Of a DNA stretch of 64,000 nt, positions 1-13,634 are shown one piece after another. A program made the translations under genes and the position numbers. The notes below the pieces were generated by a model. It did no database searches, had not been told where the DNA came from, and worked only from the letters and a program-made list of their open reading frames with translations. The number at the start of each line of letters is the position of its first letter. Positions within the stretch are counted from its first letter, which is position 1. Source of the DNA: the human T2T-CHM13v2.0 reference genome, Homo sapiens; the NCBI RefSeq assembly GCF_009914755.1, contig NC_060947.1; one strand, given 5' to 3'.

Positions 1-627
1 CACCAGCAGTGTAGAAGTGCCCCTGCTCACTGCATGTATGACAACATCTATTATTTTTTTATTATGGCCATTCTTGCAGGAATAAAGTGGTATTTCACTG
101 TTGTTTTGATGTACATTTCCCTGCTTATTAATGATGTTGAGCATTTTTCATGAATTTTGGCCATTTGTATATCTTCTTTTGAGAACACCCTATTCAACAA
201 ATGGTGGTGGGACAATTGGCAATTCACATGTAGGAGAATGAAACTGGATCCTCATCTCTCACCTTATACAAAAATTCAACTCAAGATGGATCATGGACTT
301 AAATCTAAGACCGGAAACTATGAAAATTCTAGAACATTGGAAAAATCTTTCTAGACATTGGCTTACACAAGGATTTCATGACCAAGAACCCAAAAGCAAA
401 TGCAATAAAACAAAGATAAATAGCCGGGAATTAATTAAATTAAAGAGTTTTTGCACGGCAAGAGGAACAATCAACAGAGTAAACAGACAACCCACAGAGT
501 GGGAGAATATCTTCACAATCTATGCATCTGACAAATGACTAATATCCAGAATCTACAATGAACTCAAACAAATTAGCAAGAAAAAAAACAAACAATCCCA
601 TCAAAAAGTGGGCTAAAGACATGAATA
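1..627 (-). mobile_element. L1PB-like LINE-1 with 5' inversion (3' part on - strand at 1-186, running off the window; inverted part on + strand at 187-627)
   Basis: 1-186 is the reverse complement of the L1 ORF2 3' region (...ttctcaaaagaagatatacaaatggcc). 187-627 is sense ORF2 ([22 protein letters not shown]) and ends at gacatgaata, just upstream of where the - strand piece starts. Confidence 0.8.
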
Positions 628-630
628 AAA

Positions 631-1088
631 AATTTAACTATTCTACATATTGCTTATAAGTGAAAGTATAAAATATTTGTCCATTTATTGTGTGTATTAT
701 TTCACTTAGTTTAATATCCACAATACTTACTATGCTTTAAAATGTGTCAGAATTGCTTTCCTTTTAAGGGTAAATAATATTCCATTGTATGTACATAGCA
801 CATTTTGTTTATCCATTTATTCATTAATGGACATTGGGTTGTTTCCACCTTTTGGTCATTGTAAATAATGCTGCTAAGAACATGGGTAGGCAAATAACAC
901 TTCAAGCCCCTGCTTTCAAATCTATTCAGTGTGTTCCTAGCAACGTAAATGCTGGATCATATGGTAATTCCATGTTTAATTTTTTGAGGAACCACCATAC
1001 TGTTTGCCACAGTGGATACATAATTTTATATTCCTACCTGCAGAACAAAAGGGTTTTTTTCCACATTCTTTCAAACACTTTTTATTTT
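631..1088 (-). mobile_element. Old L1M element, 3' end segment
   Basis: Degenerate antisense L1 3' sequence (gtttccaccttttggtcattgtaaataatgctgct; ggatcatatggtaattccatgtttaattttttgagg). Confidence 0.75.
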
Positions 1089-1091
1089 CAG

Positions 1092-2245
1092 GGTTTTTTA
1101 AAATTTTATTTCAATAGTTTTGGGGGTACAAATTGGTTTTTGGTTACATAGATAAGTTCTTTAGTGGTGATTCTGAGATTTTGGTGCACCCATAACCCAA
1201 ACAATGTACACTGTACCCAATACATAGTCTTTTATCCCTCACCACCCTCCCACTCTTCCTTGAGTTGCCAAAGTCCATCATATCGTTCTTATGCCTTCAC
1301 ATCCTCATAGCTTAGCTTCCACTTATAAATGAGAACATACAATATTTGGTTTTCCATTCCTGAGTTATTTCACTTAGAATACTGACCTCCAGCTCCAATG
1401 CAAGTTGCTACAAAGGCCATCATTTTGTTCCGTTTTATGGCTGAGTAGTATTCCATAGTGTATATATACCACATTTTCTTTATCTACTTGTTGGTTGATG
1501 GGCATTTAGGTTGGTTCCATATTTTTTAAATCTAAGACCTGGAACCATAAGAATTCTAGAAGATAACATCCGAATAACTCTTCTAGACATTAGCTTGGGC
1601 AAAGAATTTATGACTAAGAACTCAAAAGCAAATGCAACAAAAATAAAAATACATAAATAGGACCTAATTAAACTAAAAAGTTTCTACACAGCAAAATAGA
1701 TAATCAGCAGAAATAGCCTGCAGAGTGGGAGAAAATATTTGAAAACTATGCATCTGACAAAGGACTAATATCCAGAATCTGCAAGGAACTCAAACACATC
1801 AACAAGAAAAAAAATAATAATGCCATCAAAAAATGGGCGAAGGACATGAAAAGACAATTCTCAAAAGAACATATACAAATAGCCAACAAACATATGAATA
1901 AATGCTCAAGATCACAAATAATCAGGAAAATGCAAATTAAAACCTCAATGAAATACCACCTGAGTCCTGCAAGAATGGTCATATTTAAAAAATAAAATGA
2001 AAAAATAGATATTTGCTGGATGTGGCAAAAATGGAACAGTTTGAAACTGTTGGTGGGAATGTAATCTAATACAGCTACTATAGAAAACAGTACGGAGATT
2101 CCTTAAAGAAATAAGAATAGAACTGTCATTCAATCCAACAATCCCACTACTGGGTATCTACCCAAAGGAAAAGAAATCATTACATGAAAAGGCCACATGC
2201 GCATGCATGTTTATAGCAGCACAATTGGCAATTGCAAAAATATGA
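1092..2245 (-). mobile_element. L1PB element with 5' inversion (3'UTR on - strand ~1092-1526; inverted ORF2 piece on + strand ~1527-2244)
   Basis: L1PB-type 3'UTR antisense (ttttgggggtacaaattggttttttggttacatagataagttctttagtggtg). Orientation switches after ggttccatatttt. The + piece ends at gcaaaaatatg, the same point in L1. Confidence 0.8.
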
Positions 2246-2821
2246 GACGATGACGATTGTTATTATTTTAACAATAGCCATCCTAAGCAGTGTGAAGTGG
2301 TATCTCATGTGGTTTTCACATTCATTTCCCTTATAATTACAGATGTTGAGCATCTTTACATATTTTTATTGGCTATTTGTATATTTCTTTGGAGAAATGT
2401 ATAATCAAAAATTTTGCTCAATTTTTAAATGGGTTGTTTTTTGCCATTGTTGAGATGTACAAATTATTTTAATATATTCAGAATATATTCTGGATATTAA
2501 CCCCTTTCAGATATATAACTTGCATATATTTTCTCCATTTTGTGAGTTGCCTTTTACTTTATTGATTGTGTCTTTTGTTGCACAGAAATATTTAGTACTG
2601 CTATAATCTAATTTGGCTATTCTTTCTTGTGTTGTCTGTGTTTGGGGTGAAATTTCCAAAAATATAATCTCTAAACTCAATGCCATGAAGCTTTCTTCAT
2701 AAATTTTCTTACAAATTTTAGAAAAAATGTTATACTTTTTGTACTATAGAAAATTTATAGTTTTTGGTTTTACATTTAGATCTTTAATTCATTTTTACTT
2801 AGTTGTTATATATAATGTAAA
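2246..2821 (-). mobile_element. Old L1M element, ORF2 3' segment (continues 631-1088)
   Basis: Antisense ORF2 (atagccatcctaagcagtgtgaagtggtatctcat; tttagatctttaattcatttt). Confidence 0.75.
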
Positions 2822-2861
2822 ATACATTTTTTGAATGCATATTCAAAAAATGTATGCAATT

Positions 2862-2986
2862 ATGAAAAATAATAGATGTTGGCCTGGATGTGGTAAAAGT
2901 GGAACACTTTTACACTGCTGGTGGGAATGTAATCTAGTATAACAACTATGGAAGACAGTATAGAGATTCCTTACAGAATTAAAAAC
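2862..2986 (+). mobile_element. Short L1PB-like ORF2 fragment
   Basis: aatagatgttggcctggatgtggtaaaagtggaacacttttacactgctggtgggaatgtaatctag, homologous to ~2000-2115 in this window. Confidence 0.7.
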
Positions 2987-5897
2987 ATACGTGTATGTGT
3001 ATATGCATGCATATATATATATTTATATATGTATTCATATATATTTATATATATTTATATACATATTTCTATATATTTATATATATTTCTATATATTTAT
3101 ATATGTATTTCTATATATTTATATATGTATTTCTATATATTTATATATTTATATATACATTTATATATTTATATATTATACATACATATTTATATATATT
3201 TCTATATATTTCTATATATTTCTATATATTTATATATTATATATATTCATATGTATTTACATATATATATTTATATATATTTATATATATTTACATATAT
3301 ATATTTATATATATATTTATATATATTTACATATATATTTATATATATATTTATAAATATTTGTATATATTTATATATATTTATATATATTTGTATATAT
3401 TTATATATATTTAGATATATTTATATATATATTTGTATATATTTAGATATATTTATATATATATGTATATATTTAGATATATTTATATATATATTTGTAT
3501 ATATTTAGATATATTTATATATACACTTGTATATATTTATATATTTATCTATATATATATTTATATATTTATATATATTATATATATTATATATATTTAC
3601 TTATTTATATATATTTATATATATATTTATATATATTTATGTATATATTTATATATTTATATATATATATTTATGTATATATTTATATATTTATATATAT
3701 ATTCCGATACATTTATATGTATATTTGTACACATTCAGATACATTTATATACATATGCACACATTCAGATACATTTATATACATTTGTACACATTCAGAT
3801 ACATTTATATACATTTGTACACATTTACATACATTTGTATACATTTGTACACATTTGTATACATTTGTATATATTTTTATATACATTTATATACATTTGT
3901 ATATATATTTATATATTTGTATATATTTATATATATTTATATATATATTTGTATATATTTATATATATTTATATATATATTTGTATATATTTATATATAT
4001 ATTTATATATATATTTGTATGTATTTGTATATATTTATATATATTTATATATATATTTGTATATATTTATATATATTTATATATATATTTGTATATATTT
4101 ATATATATATTTATATGTATATTTGTATATATTTATATATATTTATATGTATATTTGTATATATTTATATATATTTATATGTATATTTGTATATATTTAT
4201 ATATATTTATATGTATATTTATATATATTTATATATATTTATATGTATATTTATATATATTTATATATATTTATATGTATATTTATATATATTTATATAT
4301 ATATTCATATATATTTATATATATTTATATATATATTCATATATATTTATATATATTTATATATATATTCATATATATTTATATATTTATATATATTTAT
4401 ATATATATTCATATATATTTATATATTTATATATGTATATATTTATATATCTTTATATATTTATATATATTTGGATATATTTATATATTTATATATTTAT
4501 ATATATTTATATATATTTGTATATATTTATATATATATTTGTATATATTTATATATGTATATATTTATATATCTTTATATATTTATATATATTTGGATAT
4601 ATGTATATATTTATATATTTATATATATTTATATATATTTGTATATATTTATATATATATTTGTATATATTTATATATATTTATAGATATATTTGTATGT
4701 ATTTATATATATTTATATATATATTTGTATGTATTTGTATATATTTATATATATATTTATATATATATTTGTATATATTTATATGTATATTTGTATATAT
4801 TTATATACATTTATATGTATATTTGTATATATTTATATATTTATATATGTATATATTTATATATCTTTATATATTTATATATATATTTGGATATATTTAT
4901 ATATTTATATATTTATATATATTTATATATATTTGTATATATTTATATATATTTGTATATATTTATATATATTTATATATATATTTGTATATATTTATAT
5001 ATATTTATAGATATATTTGTATGTATTTATATATATTTATATATATATTTGTATGTATTTGTATATATTTATATATATATTTATATATATATTTGTATAT
5101 ATTTATATGTATATTTGTATATATTTATATACATTTATATGTATATTTGTATATATTTATATATTTATATATGTATATATTTATATATCTTTATATATTT
5201 ATATATATATTTGGATATATTTATATATTTATATATTTATATATATTTATATATATTTGTATATATTTATATATATTTGTATATATTTATATATATTTAT
5301 ATATATATTTGTATATATTTATATGTATATTTGCATATATTTATATATATTTACATATACTTATATATTATTTATATATATTTATATGTATTTATATATT
5401 TCTATATTTACATATATATATTTATATATATTTCTATATTCATATATATTTCTATATTTATATATTTATATATATTTATATATATTCATATATATATTTA
5501 AATATATCTAGATATATCTAGATATATATTTAGATATATTTAAATATATATATTTATATATATATTTATATATATATTTTTATATATTTTTATATTTTTA
5601 TATATTTATATATTTAGATATATTTAGACATATTTTATATATATTTATGTATTTGTATATATTTATATATTTTTATATATTTATATATATATTTTTAAAT
5701 ATTTAGATATATTTATATATATATTTATATATTTATACATATTTACATATATTGATATATATTTATATATATTATTTATATATGTTTATATATATTTATA
5801 TATATTGTTTATATATATTTATATATTTAGATATATTTAGATATATTTAGATATTTAGATATATTTTTATATATATTTATATATATATTTATTTATG
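2987..5897. repeat. ~2.9-kb AT-rich (TA)n-derived minisatellite/low-complexity array (ATATATATTT-type units)
   Basis: Directly visible; contains sub-blocks and a 324-bp higher-order duplication. Confidence 0.97.
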
Positions 5898-6754
5898 TAC
5901 TTTCCAGGGTTTATATAGTTTATTTCAGAGCTCTCTATTTTATTCCATTGGTCTATAGTTCTGTTTTTATATCATTATCACACTGTTTTCACTGTAGCTT
6001 TGTACTAAGTTTTGATATCAGAAAATCCCAACCCAACTTTGTTCTTCTTTTTCAAGTATGCTTATGCTTTTCTGATCCCTGGAGGTTTCCACATAAATTT
6101 TAGAATAAACTTTTCTTTTTCTGTAATAAATGCAGTTTAATAATGATTGCACTCAATCTGTAGATTTCTTTGTGGTACTGACATCCAGACATTCTCAAGT
6201 ATTCAAACGGATGAAAATGGGTTGCCTTTTCATTTATTGATTTCTTGTTTATTTTTTTTCAACAATGTTTCATAATTTTCAGTATATGTCATTCACCCCT
6301 TTGGTTAAGTTTATTCTTAAGTGTTTCATTATTTTTTATACTATTGTAAATAGAATTGTTTTCTTAACTTTCAGATTATTCTTTTGTGTATACAAATGCA
6401 ACTTATTTTGTGTGTTGATATTGTATTCTGAAAATTTGCTGAATTCACTTATTTTGTCTAACATTTTGTGAAATCTGTAGGATTTTCGGACATCAAATCA
6501 TGATGTTTTTAAGCAGAGATATTCTTACTTCTGCTTTTCTAATTTGCTTTTCTTTTCTTTCTTTTATCTCACCCAATTGTTCTTTCTAGGACTTCCAATA
6601 CTGTGTTGAATAGAACTACTGAATACAGACATTCTTGTCTTGTTTTTGATCTTATCAGAAAAGCTTTTATTTTTTTCACCACTAAGTATGATGTTAGCTG
6701 TGAGCCTTTCATATATGGACTATTATTATGCTGAAAATGTTTCTTCCTATTACT
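5898..6754 (-). mobile_element. Old L1M element, ORF2 segment
   Basis: Antisense ORF2; the - strand ORF includes [27 protein letters not shown] (RT region). Confidence 0.8.
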
Positions 6755-7543
6755 TGCAGCCAAAAGACACATGAAAAAATGCTCATCATCACTGGTCATC
6801 AGAGAAATGCAAATCAAAACCACAATGAGATACCATCTCACACCAGTTAGAATGGCAATCATTAAAAAGTCAGGAAACCACAGGTGCTGGAGAGGATGTG
6901 GAGAAATAGGAACACTTTGACACTGTTGGTGGGAGTGTGAACTAGTTCAACCATTGTGGAAGTCAGTGTGGCGATTCCTCAGGGATCTAGAACTAGAAAT
7001 ACCATTTGACCCAGCCATCCCATTACTGGGTATATACCCAAAGGACTATAAATCATGCTGCTATAAAGACACATGCACATGTATGTTTATTGTGGCATTA
7101 TTCACAATAGCAAAGCCTTGGAACCAACCCAAATGTCCAACAAGGATGGACTGGATTAAGAAAATGTGGCACATATACACCATGGAATACTATGCAGCCA
7201 TAAAAAATGATGAGTTCATGTTCTTTGTAGGGACATGGATGAAATTGGAAATCATCATTCTCAGTAAACTATCACAAGGACAAAAAACCAAACACTGCAT
7301 GTTCTCGCTCATAGGTGGGAATTGAACAATGAGAACACATGGACACAGGAAGGGGAACATCACACACCGGGGCCTGTTGTGGGGTGGGGGGAGTGGGGAG
7401 GGATAGCATCAGGAGATATACCTAATGCTAAATGACGAGTTAATGGGTGCAGCACACCAGCATGGCACATGTATACATATGTAACTAACCTGCACATGGT
7501 GCACATGTACTCTAAAACTTAAAGTATAATAATAATAAAAAAA
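6755..7543 (+). mobile_element. 5'-truncated L1PA3/4-like element
   Basis: ORF2 C-terminus (WRFLRDLELEIPFDPAIPLLGIYPKDYK...FSLIGGN), G-rich 3'UTR and A-tail. No TSD seen. Confidence 0.93.
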
Positions 7544-8116
7544 GTGGGTAAAATTTTGTCCAATGCTTTTTATGTATTAATTGAAACTGTCAAGTCTTTT
7601 TATCATTTCATCCTGTTAATATGGTATATTACATTGTTTGATTTTTGTTGAAATTTCCATGTGCTCCAAGGATAAATCTTACTTTATCATGGTGTATAGT
7701 ATGTTAAAAGTGCTGTTAAGATCATTTAGCAAGTATTTTGCTGAATATTTTTGCATCTATAGTCATCAGATACATGATTGTCTAGTTTTCTTGTGTCTTT
7801 GTCTGGCTTTGGTATTAAAGTAATGCTGTCTTTGTATAATAAATTTGAGATTGTTACCTCCTCTTCAATTTTTCAAAAGAATTTAAAGAGGATTATTATT
7901 AATTATTCTTTCAATGTTTGGTAAAATTCTCCAATGAAGTCATCTAGTCCCAGGCTTTTCTTTGTTGGAAGATTTTTTTTATTATTGATTAATCCCCTTA
8001 ATAGTTACGCTGAGATTTTCTATTTATTCATGATTCAATCTTGGTTGTGTGTTTCTAGAAATATATTCATTTCGTGTAGGTTATCTAGGTTTTTTGTCAT
8101 ACATATTTTTATAAAG

Positions 8117-8413
8117 TTTTCTTTTCTTTAGTTTTTTTTCAGACAAGGTCTCACTCTGTTGCCCAAGCGAGGGTGAAATTGCACAGTCATAGCTCACTGA
8201 GCCTCCATCTCCTGGGTTTGAGCCATCCACCCACATCAGCCTCCTGAGTAGCTGGGGATACAGGCATTGCACCCCCATGCCCAGCAATTGTTTTATGTTT
8301 CATAGAGACAAGGTCTTACCATGTTGCCCAGGCTTATAACAAAATCCTGGACTCAAGCAACCCTCCCACCTCAGCCTACCAAAGTGCTGGGGTTACAGGC
8401 ATGAACCACTACA
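8117..8413 (-). mobile_element. AluJ-like SINE
   Basis: Dimeric Alu antisense (agacaaggtctcactctgttgccc...ctcaagcaaccctcccacctcagcc), highly diverged. Confidence 0.9.
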
Positions 8414-10904
8414 AATGTTCGGTTTTTCATATATACTTATAATTATTTTGTTTATGTAAAATATCTAGTAATATTTCTCATTTCATTTCTTACTGTAGTT
8501 AATTGAGTCTCTTCTGCTTTTTTCCTTGCTCAGTCTTGTTAATATTCTTTTTCAATTTTGTTGATCTTTTCAAAGAACCAAATCTTACTTTTATTGATCA
8601 TTTCAATTGTTTGTAATTCTCTATTTATTTATCTCTGCTGTAGTCTTTATTATTTCCTTCATTCTGTTAACTTTAGGTTTAAATTTGTCCTTTTTTCCTA
8701 TTTTTTAAGGTATAATATTAGGTTGCTGACTTGAAATATATATTTTTCTTGTGTTTACAGCTATAAATTATCTTGTTAGACTGTTTCCACTGCATTCAAT
8801 ATGTTTAAGCATATTCTGTTTGTTTTTTTTTATTTGTCATAAAATATTTTCTTATTTCCCTTGTGTTTTCTTCTTTGGCCAGTTTGTTGCTTAGGGCATT
8901 TTTAAAATTTCCATATATTTGTGCATCATACAGTTTTCCTTCTACTACTGATTTCTATTTATATTTCATTGTGTTTGGAAAATATACTTTGTATGATTTT
9001 AACCTTTTTAAATTCATTAAGTATTGTTTTGTAGTGTAACATATAGTCTATCCTGTAGGATGTTCCATGTGCACTTGAGGAAAATGTGCAATCTATTATT
9101 CTTGGGTGGAATGTTCTAAAAATGGCATTTAGATCCAATTGGTTTATAGTGTTGGTCAAGTCCTCTATTTCCTAATTCAGCTTGTCTCTGGTTGTTCTAT
9201 TTATTATTTAATGTGTGGTACTGAAATCTCCTATTATTATTGTAGATCTGTGTATTTGTTCCTTCAATTCCTTTAATATTTGGTTCATATATTCCGGAAT
9301 CCTAATGTGTGGCACATATGTTTTTATAATTGTTATATCTTTTTGGTAAATTGACATTTTCATCATTTTTAATGTCCATTTTTGTGTTTTGTTACAGTTT
9401 TTGACTTAAAGTTTAGTTTGCCCAATATTAGTATCTCCACCCCTGCTCTCTTTTGAACGCTATATGTATAAACTTTTTTATTCTTTCTAATTTAACCTAT
9501 GCATGCCCTTACATGTAAAGTGTCATGTAGACAACATATACTTGGATTTCTTAATTCATTCAGGTTGCATCAATTTACATGTAAGGTAATTATTGATAGA
9601 GAGGGACTTACTATTGCCATTTTGTTATTTGTTTTCTATACATTTTATAGCTATTTTTGTTTCTCATATTCTGCCTTATTGCCTATGTTTGTATTTAGTG
9701 GATTGTTTTGTAGTGACACACTTAGATTCTCCTTTAATTGCCTTTTGCAAATATTCTACAGATATTTTCTTTGTAGATTACATGGGGATTACATATAACA
9801 GGTTAACATTCTAACAATCTATTGTAAACTGATAACAATTTAATTTGACTTGTATTCAAAAACTCTACTTCTTTACGGCTTCACCTCTTCTGTGTTATGT
9901 TACTTTTGTCTCAAATTACATCTTTATGAGGTATATACACATTAATAGAGATTTGTAACTATTTTAAGCTTTTGTCTTAAAGTGCTTTAAAAGTATAAAA
10001 AGTAGAGTTATGAACCAAAATTACCATAATGCTATTTTTTTAATTTTATCTTGGAACACTATATTTTAATGTGGCTCTATGTGACTACTTATCACCCTTT
10101 CATTTCAACTTGAAAATCTCCCTTTAACATTTCTTTTATGTCAAGTCTAATGGTAATGATCTTCTTCAGCTTTTATTTATCTGAGAATATCTTAATTTCT
10201 TCCTTGTTTTTGGAATGATAGCTTTGCTGAATATAGATCTTATAGATAACAAGTTTTTTTCAGCTCTTAGAATCTCTCATCTTACTGCTATTTGGACTGC
10301 AAGTTTTCTGCTTATAGATCCACTAATAATCTCATAGAGACTTACTTCTTATAATCAGTACCTTATCTCTTGTCCTTTTCAGAATTGTTTCTTTGACTTT
10401 TGGCAATTTGATTATAATGTGTTTCAATGCTGGTCTCTGGTTTTAGCCCACTCGGAGTTCATTGAGATTCTTAGATATTTATATCCATCCCATTCTCACA
10501 ATTTGAAAAGTTTTTGGTTATTATTTTTCCAAATAATGCTCTGCCGTTTACTTCTATCTTCTTTTTCTGGAATTTTTATAATATTTATATTGTTTGCTTG
10601 ATGGTCTCCCATATGTCCCTTAGGCTTTGTTCAAACTTAATTTTTTTTCTTTTCCTCTTCAGATTAGATATTTATAAATGACCCGTTTTCAGGTTTGCTG
10701 ATCATATCTTTTGCCTTTTCAAGTCTGCTTTTGAATCCCTCTGTAGAATGTTTAAATTTAGTTGTTGTGTTTTTCAACTCCAGAATTTTGACTTTCTTCC
10801 CATTAATACTTTTTATTTGTCAGTAATCTCATTCTCTTTATACATTGTTTTTCTGATTTTTTATATTTCTTTATCTATGTTTTCCCTTAGCTCTTTATGC
10901 AAAT

Positions 10905-11204
10905 TAATTTAATTTAATTTTTATTTTTGATACAGGGTTTCACTTTTTCAGCCAGGCTGGAGTGCAGTGGCTCAATTTCAGCTCACTGCAGCCTTGACCT
11001 CCTGCACTCAAGAAATCCTCCCACCTAAGCCCCCCAAGTAGCTTGGGCTACAGGTGCATGCCACCATTCCTGGCTGATATTTTGGTATTTTGTAGAGACA
11101 GGGTTTTGCCATGTTGCTGAGGCTGCTCTCAAATTCTGAGCTCAAGCAGGCTGCTTGCCTTAGCCTCCCAAAGTGCCAGGTGGTGTGAGCTACTGCGCTT
11201 GGCC
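10905..11204 (-). mobile_element. AluJ-like SINE
   Basis: Dimeric Alu antisense with degenerate TSD ctttatgcaaatt / ctttgagcaaatt. Confidence 0.9.
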
Positions 11205-11944
11205 CCTTTGAGCAAATTTAAAATAGTTCTTTTAAAGTCCTAGTGATGTCTGTGTTTCTTCATGAGTGGTATTTGTAACTATACTTTTTCCTTTGGCATG
11301 GGCTCTGTTTTCTAGTTTAAACATGGCTATGTTTTGTTGAAAATTAGACATTAAAAATATCGACTTCTCCCAGCCTTTGTGCAGGAGAAGACCTTCAGTA
11401 ATCAGCCTTACTTGACAGTTTAAGGTCTTTTCAGGACTTTTCTAGGCATGCATTTTCCTTCAGCCTGTTCATGTGTTTTTCTCCCAATTCTCCTGTACAC
11501 GTGGTTGCTTTTAAATGTCAATTTTTTAAAGAGTCTACCCCCTGCTTATTCTCAGGGCTATAGATGTTCTGTTGTCCCTGTGCTTATAATCTCTTACCCC
11601 CAGACACATAAAGGACTGTAGTCTCCCTGCAGTTTTCATATTCCTCTGTACCCACTCCTGCCTTTAGCATCCTCCATCCTAATACCCAAAGCATATCCTT
11701 GTTGCTTTCACTGCTGCAAGTCTTTTGAGACAGAATCTCAGGTAACCCCCAGACAAGCTAGCACATTGCAAGAAAGTTCTTTTTTTTTTTTTTTGCATTC
11801 CAGCCTGAGAAAAGGATGAGGAATTTGACAACCTTATCTTGTCCATGCCACACTATGCTCAGGAGTTGCCCACTTGGTATTTCTATGGGGAAATAAGGGT
11901 TTAGAGCTTCCTAATCAGCCATCTTTCTCAGCTTATACCTTTTC

Positions 11945-12715
11945 ATTGGCTGTCAGATATTGTAATTTTTACATTTTTGGTTTTCCAATATTTTGTATTC
12001 CTGTAAATATTAAGCTTTAGTCAGAAATGCAGTTAAATTACTTGTAAACTGTTTGATTATTTTAGGTCTTGTTTTTTAAAAAATATGTTATGCATAACCA
12101 CAGTCATGTTTAGATAGTGCTAATTGTTTTCCACTACGTAGAAAAGATCCTCCTGAATACCCTGTCTCATGCTTCAAGAATGGTGAGATATTTCACTCTG
12201 GTTGGTGATCAATAGGTACTATTTCTCATCCTGTTGCAATGCCAGGCATTGTTACATTTAATACTTTCAGACAGTTCTTTATCCAGCCTCGGTTTCAACA
12301 CACTCGTGTGTTGAATTGTACTGTGCTCTATACTCAAGCTTGACCCTTTGCAGATCTCCTGAGTTTTGTTATTTTTGCGGTTCTCTTCTCTCCAGTACTC
12401 CTTTTTGTGAATTGTCCTAACTTCAGTCTTACCTGACTCTCAGCTCTATATCTTTAACCCAGGGAGTCTGCCAGGCTCCTCTTCACTTCTGCCTCCTAAA
12501 TCATGGCCTAGAAACTCTCTCAAGGCAATAAACTTGGGGCAGTTTTAAGATTAACTTCATTTGTTTCCTGCTTCTCAGGGATCACTGTTTTTTGTTGCTG
12601 GATGCCAAGAATCTTGATAAGCATTATTTCACATATTTTTGTCTTTCTTCATTTGTTTCTGATAGGAGGGTAAATGTGATGCCCAGTACTAAATCTTGGC
12701 CAGAAGCAGTTTTCA
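11945..12715 (-). mobile_element. Ancient L1ME-like 5' region fragment
   Basis: Resembles recalled L1ME 5' motifs (cagatattgtaatttttacatt; ttctcagggatcactgt; tcttggccagaagc). Confidence 0.5.
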
Positions 12716-13049
12716 TTTACTTAATCTTAGAAGGCACATCTTAAAGTGTATATTTACAGAAAGACATAAATAGATCAGCCATGATGGTTGCTGAGAACTT
12801 ACCAAGTGCTCATTTATATGTTAAGTTTCATTAGAAATGTGGTGGTGGAAAGACAAAAGATGTGCTATAAACTTCATGCTTTTAATGAACTATCTATATG
12901 TTAGGAAGTAACAGATAAAATCTTTAATGAATAAAAGCTCATTTATATCAGGTTGTAAATAAATTGTGTGATGTCTAAATGCTATAGAAATTGAGAGGTA
13001 AGTAAGATTGATTTGGGCTACTGTGGTGAGGGAATAATTTCAAAGGATA

Positions 13050-13250
13050 GACAGATCCTGGTTAAAATATAGGTATCAATATTTTTTGTGTTATCTTGGG
13101 CATAATATTTAACATTTTTGTGTTTTACTTTCCTAATCTTTAAAACAGGATAACACTTAAAGCTATCTCACAAGTATATTTTAATGATTAAATGAGATGA
13201 CATTTGTAAAAAAGACCTTACATATCATAGATATTTATTAAGCTTAATAT
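13050..13250 (+). mobile_element. MIR fragment
   Basis: MIR core-like: ttatcttgggcataatatttaac...tttcctaatctttaaaacaggataac...gattaaatgagatgac. Confidence 0.65.
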
Positions 13251-13634
13251 TTTCTTTAGTCATGAATACAAAATATTAAATCCATTAGTCCTTGAATCTT
13301 CTTCAGCAAGAGTTTAATTTGGAATTTTCTTATAATATAGCAACTGATTCTATTAATGCTCCAATATTCTCAAATTTAGTTATGCTATTCAGTTTGATGA
13401 AGAGTGTTCTGATTAATCTGTGCAAATTTTGTTACTTAATTCCCTTTATAAAATATATTAGGGGACTCTAAATATCTTGTTTAGTGAAGTGGTATGGATT
13501 ATCATTTAAATTTTTTTATTACAGTTTAAGTTTTAATTATCCTCCTTTTAGATTTAAATTTATTATGATTTTCCTTTGGTATGTCAATATTGTCCTGGCT
13601 TCCTAGATAGGCAGGTTTATCAGTGTAACTACAA

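Larger units (their letters stand above)
7544..11940 (-). mobile_element. Old L1M element: ORF2 N-terminal/EN, ORF1 and 5' region, interrupted by two Alus
   Basis: - strand ORF 8959-9159 resembles the EN domain (FSSSAHGTSYRIDYML). ORF1-like antisense sequence at ~10080-10900. The 5' boundary is approximate. Confidence 0.7.

Noticed and set aside
2948-5521. Long Ile/Tyr/Phe-rich ORFs (up to 668 aa) in all three + frames
   Set aside because: Artefact of the TA/TTT repeat, which rarely makes stop codons on this strand. There is no protein-like complexity.
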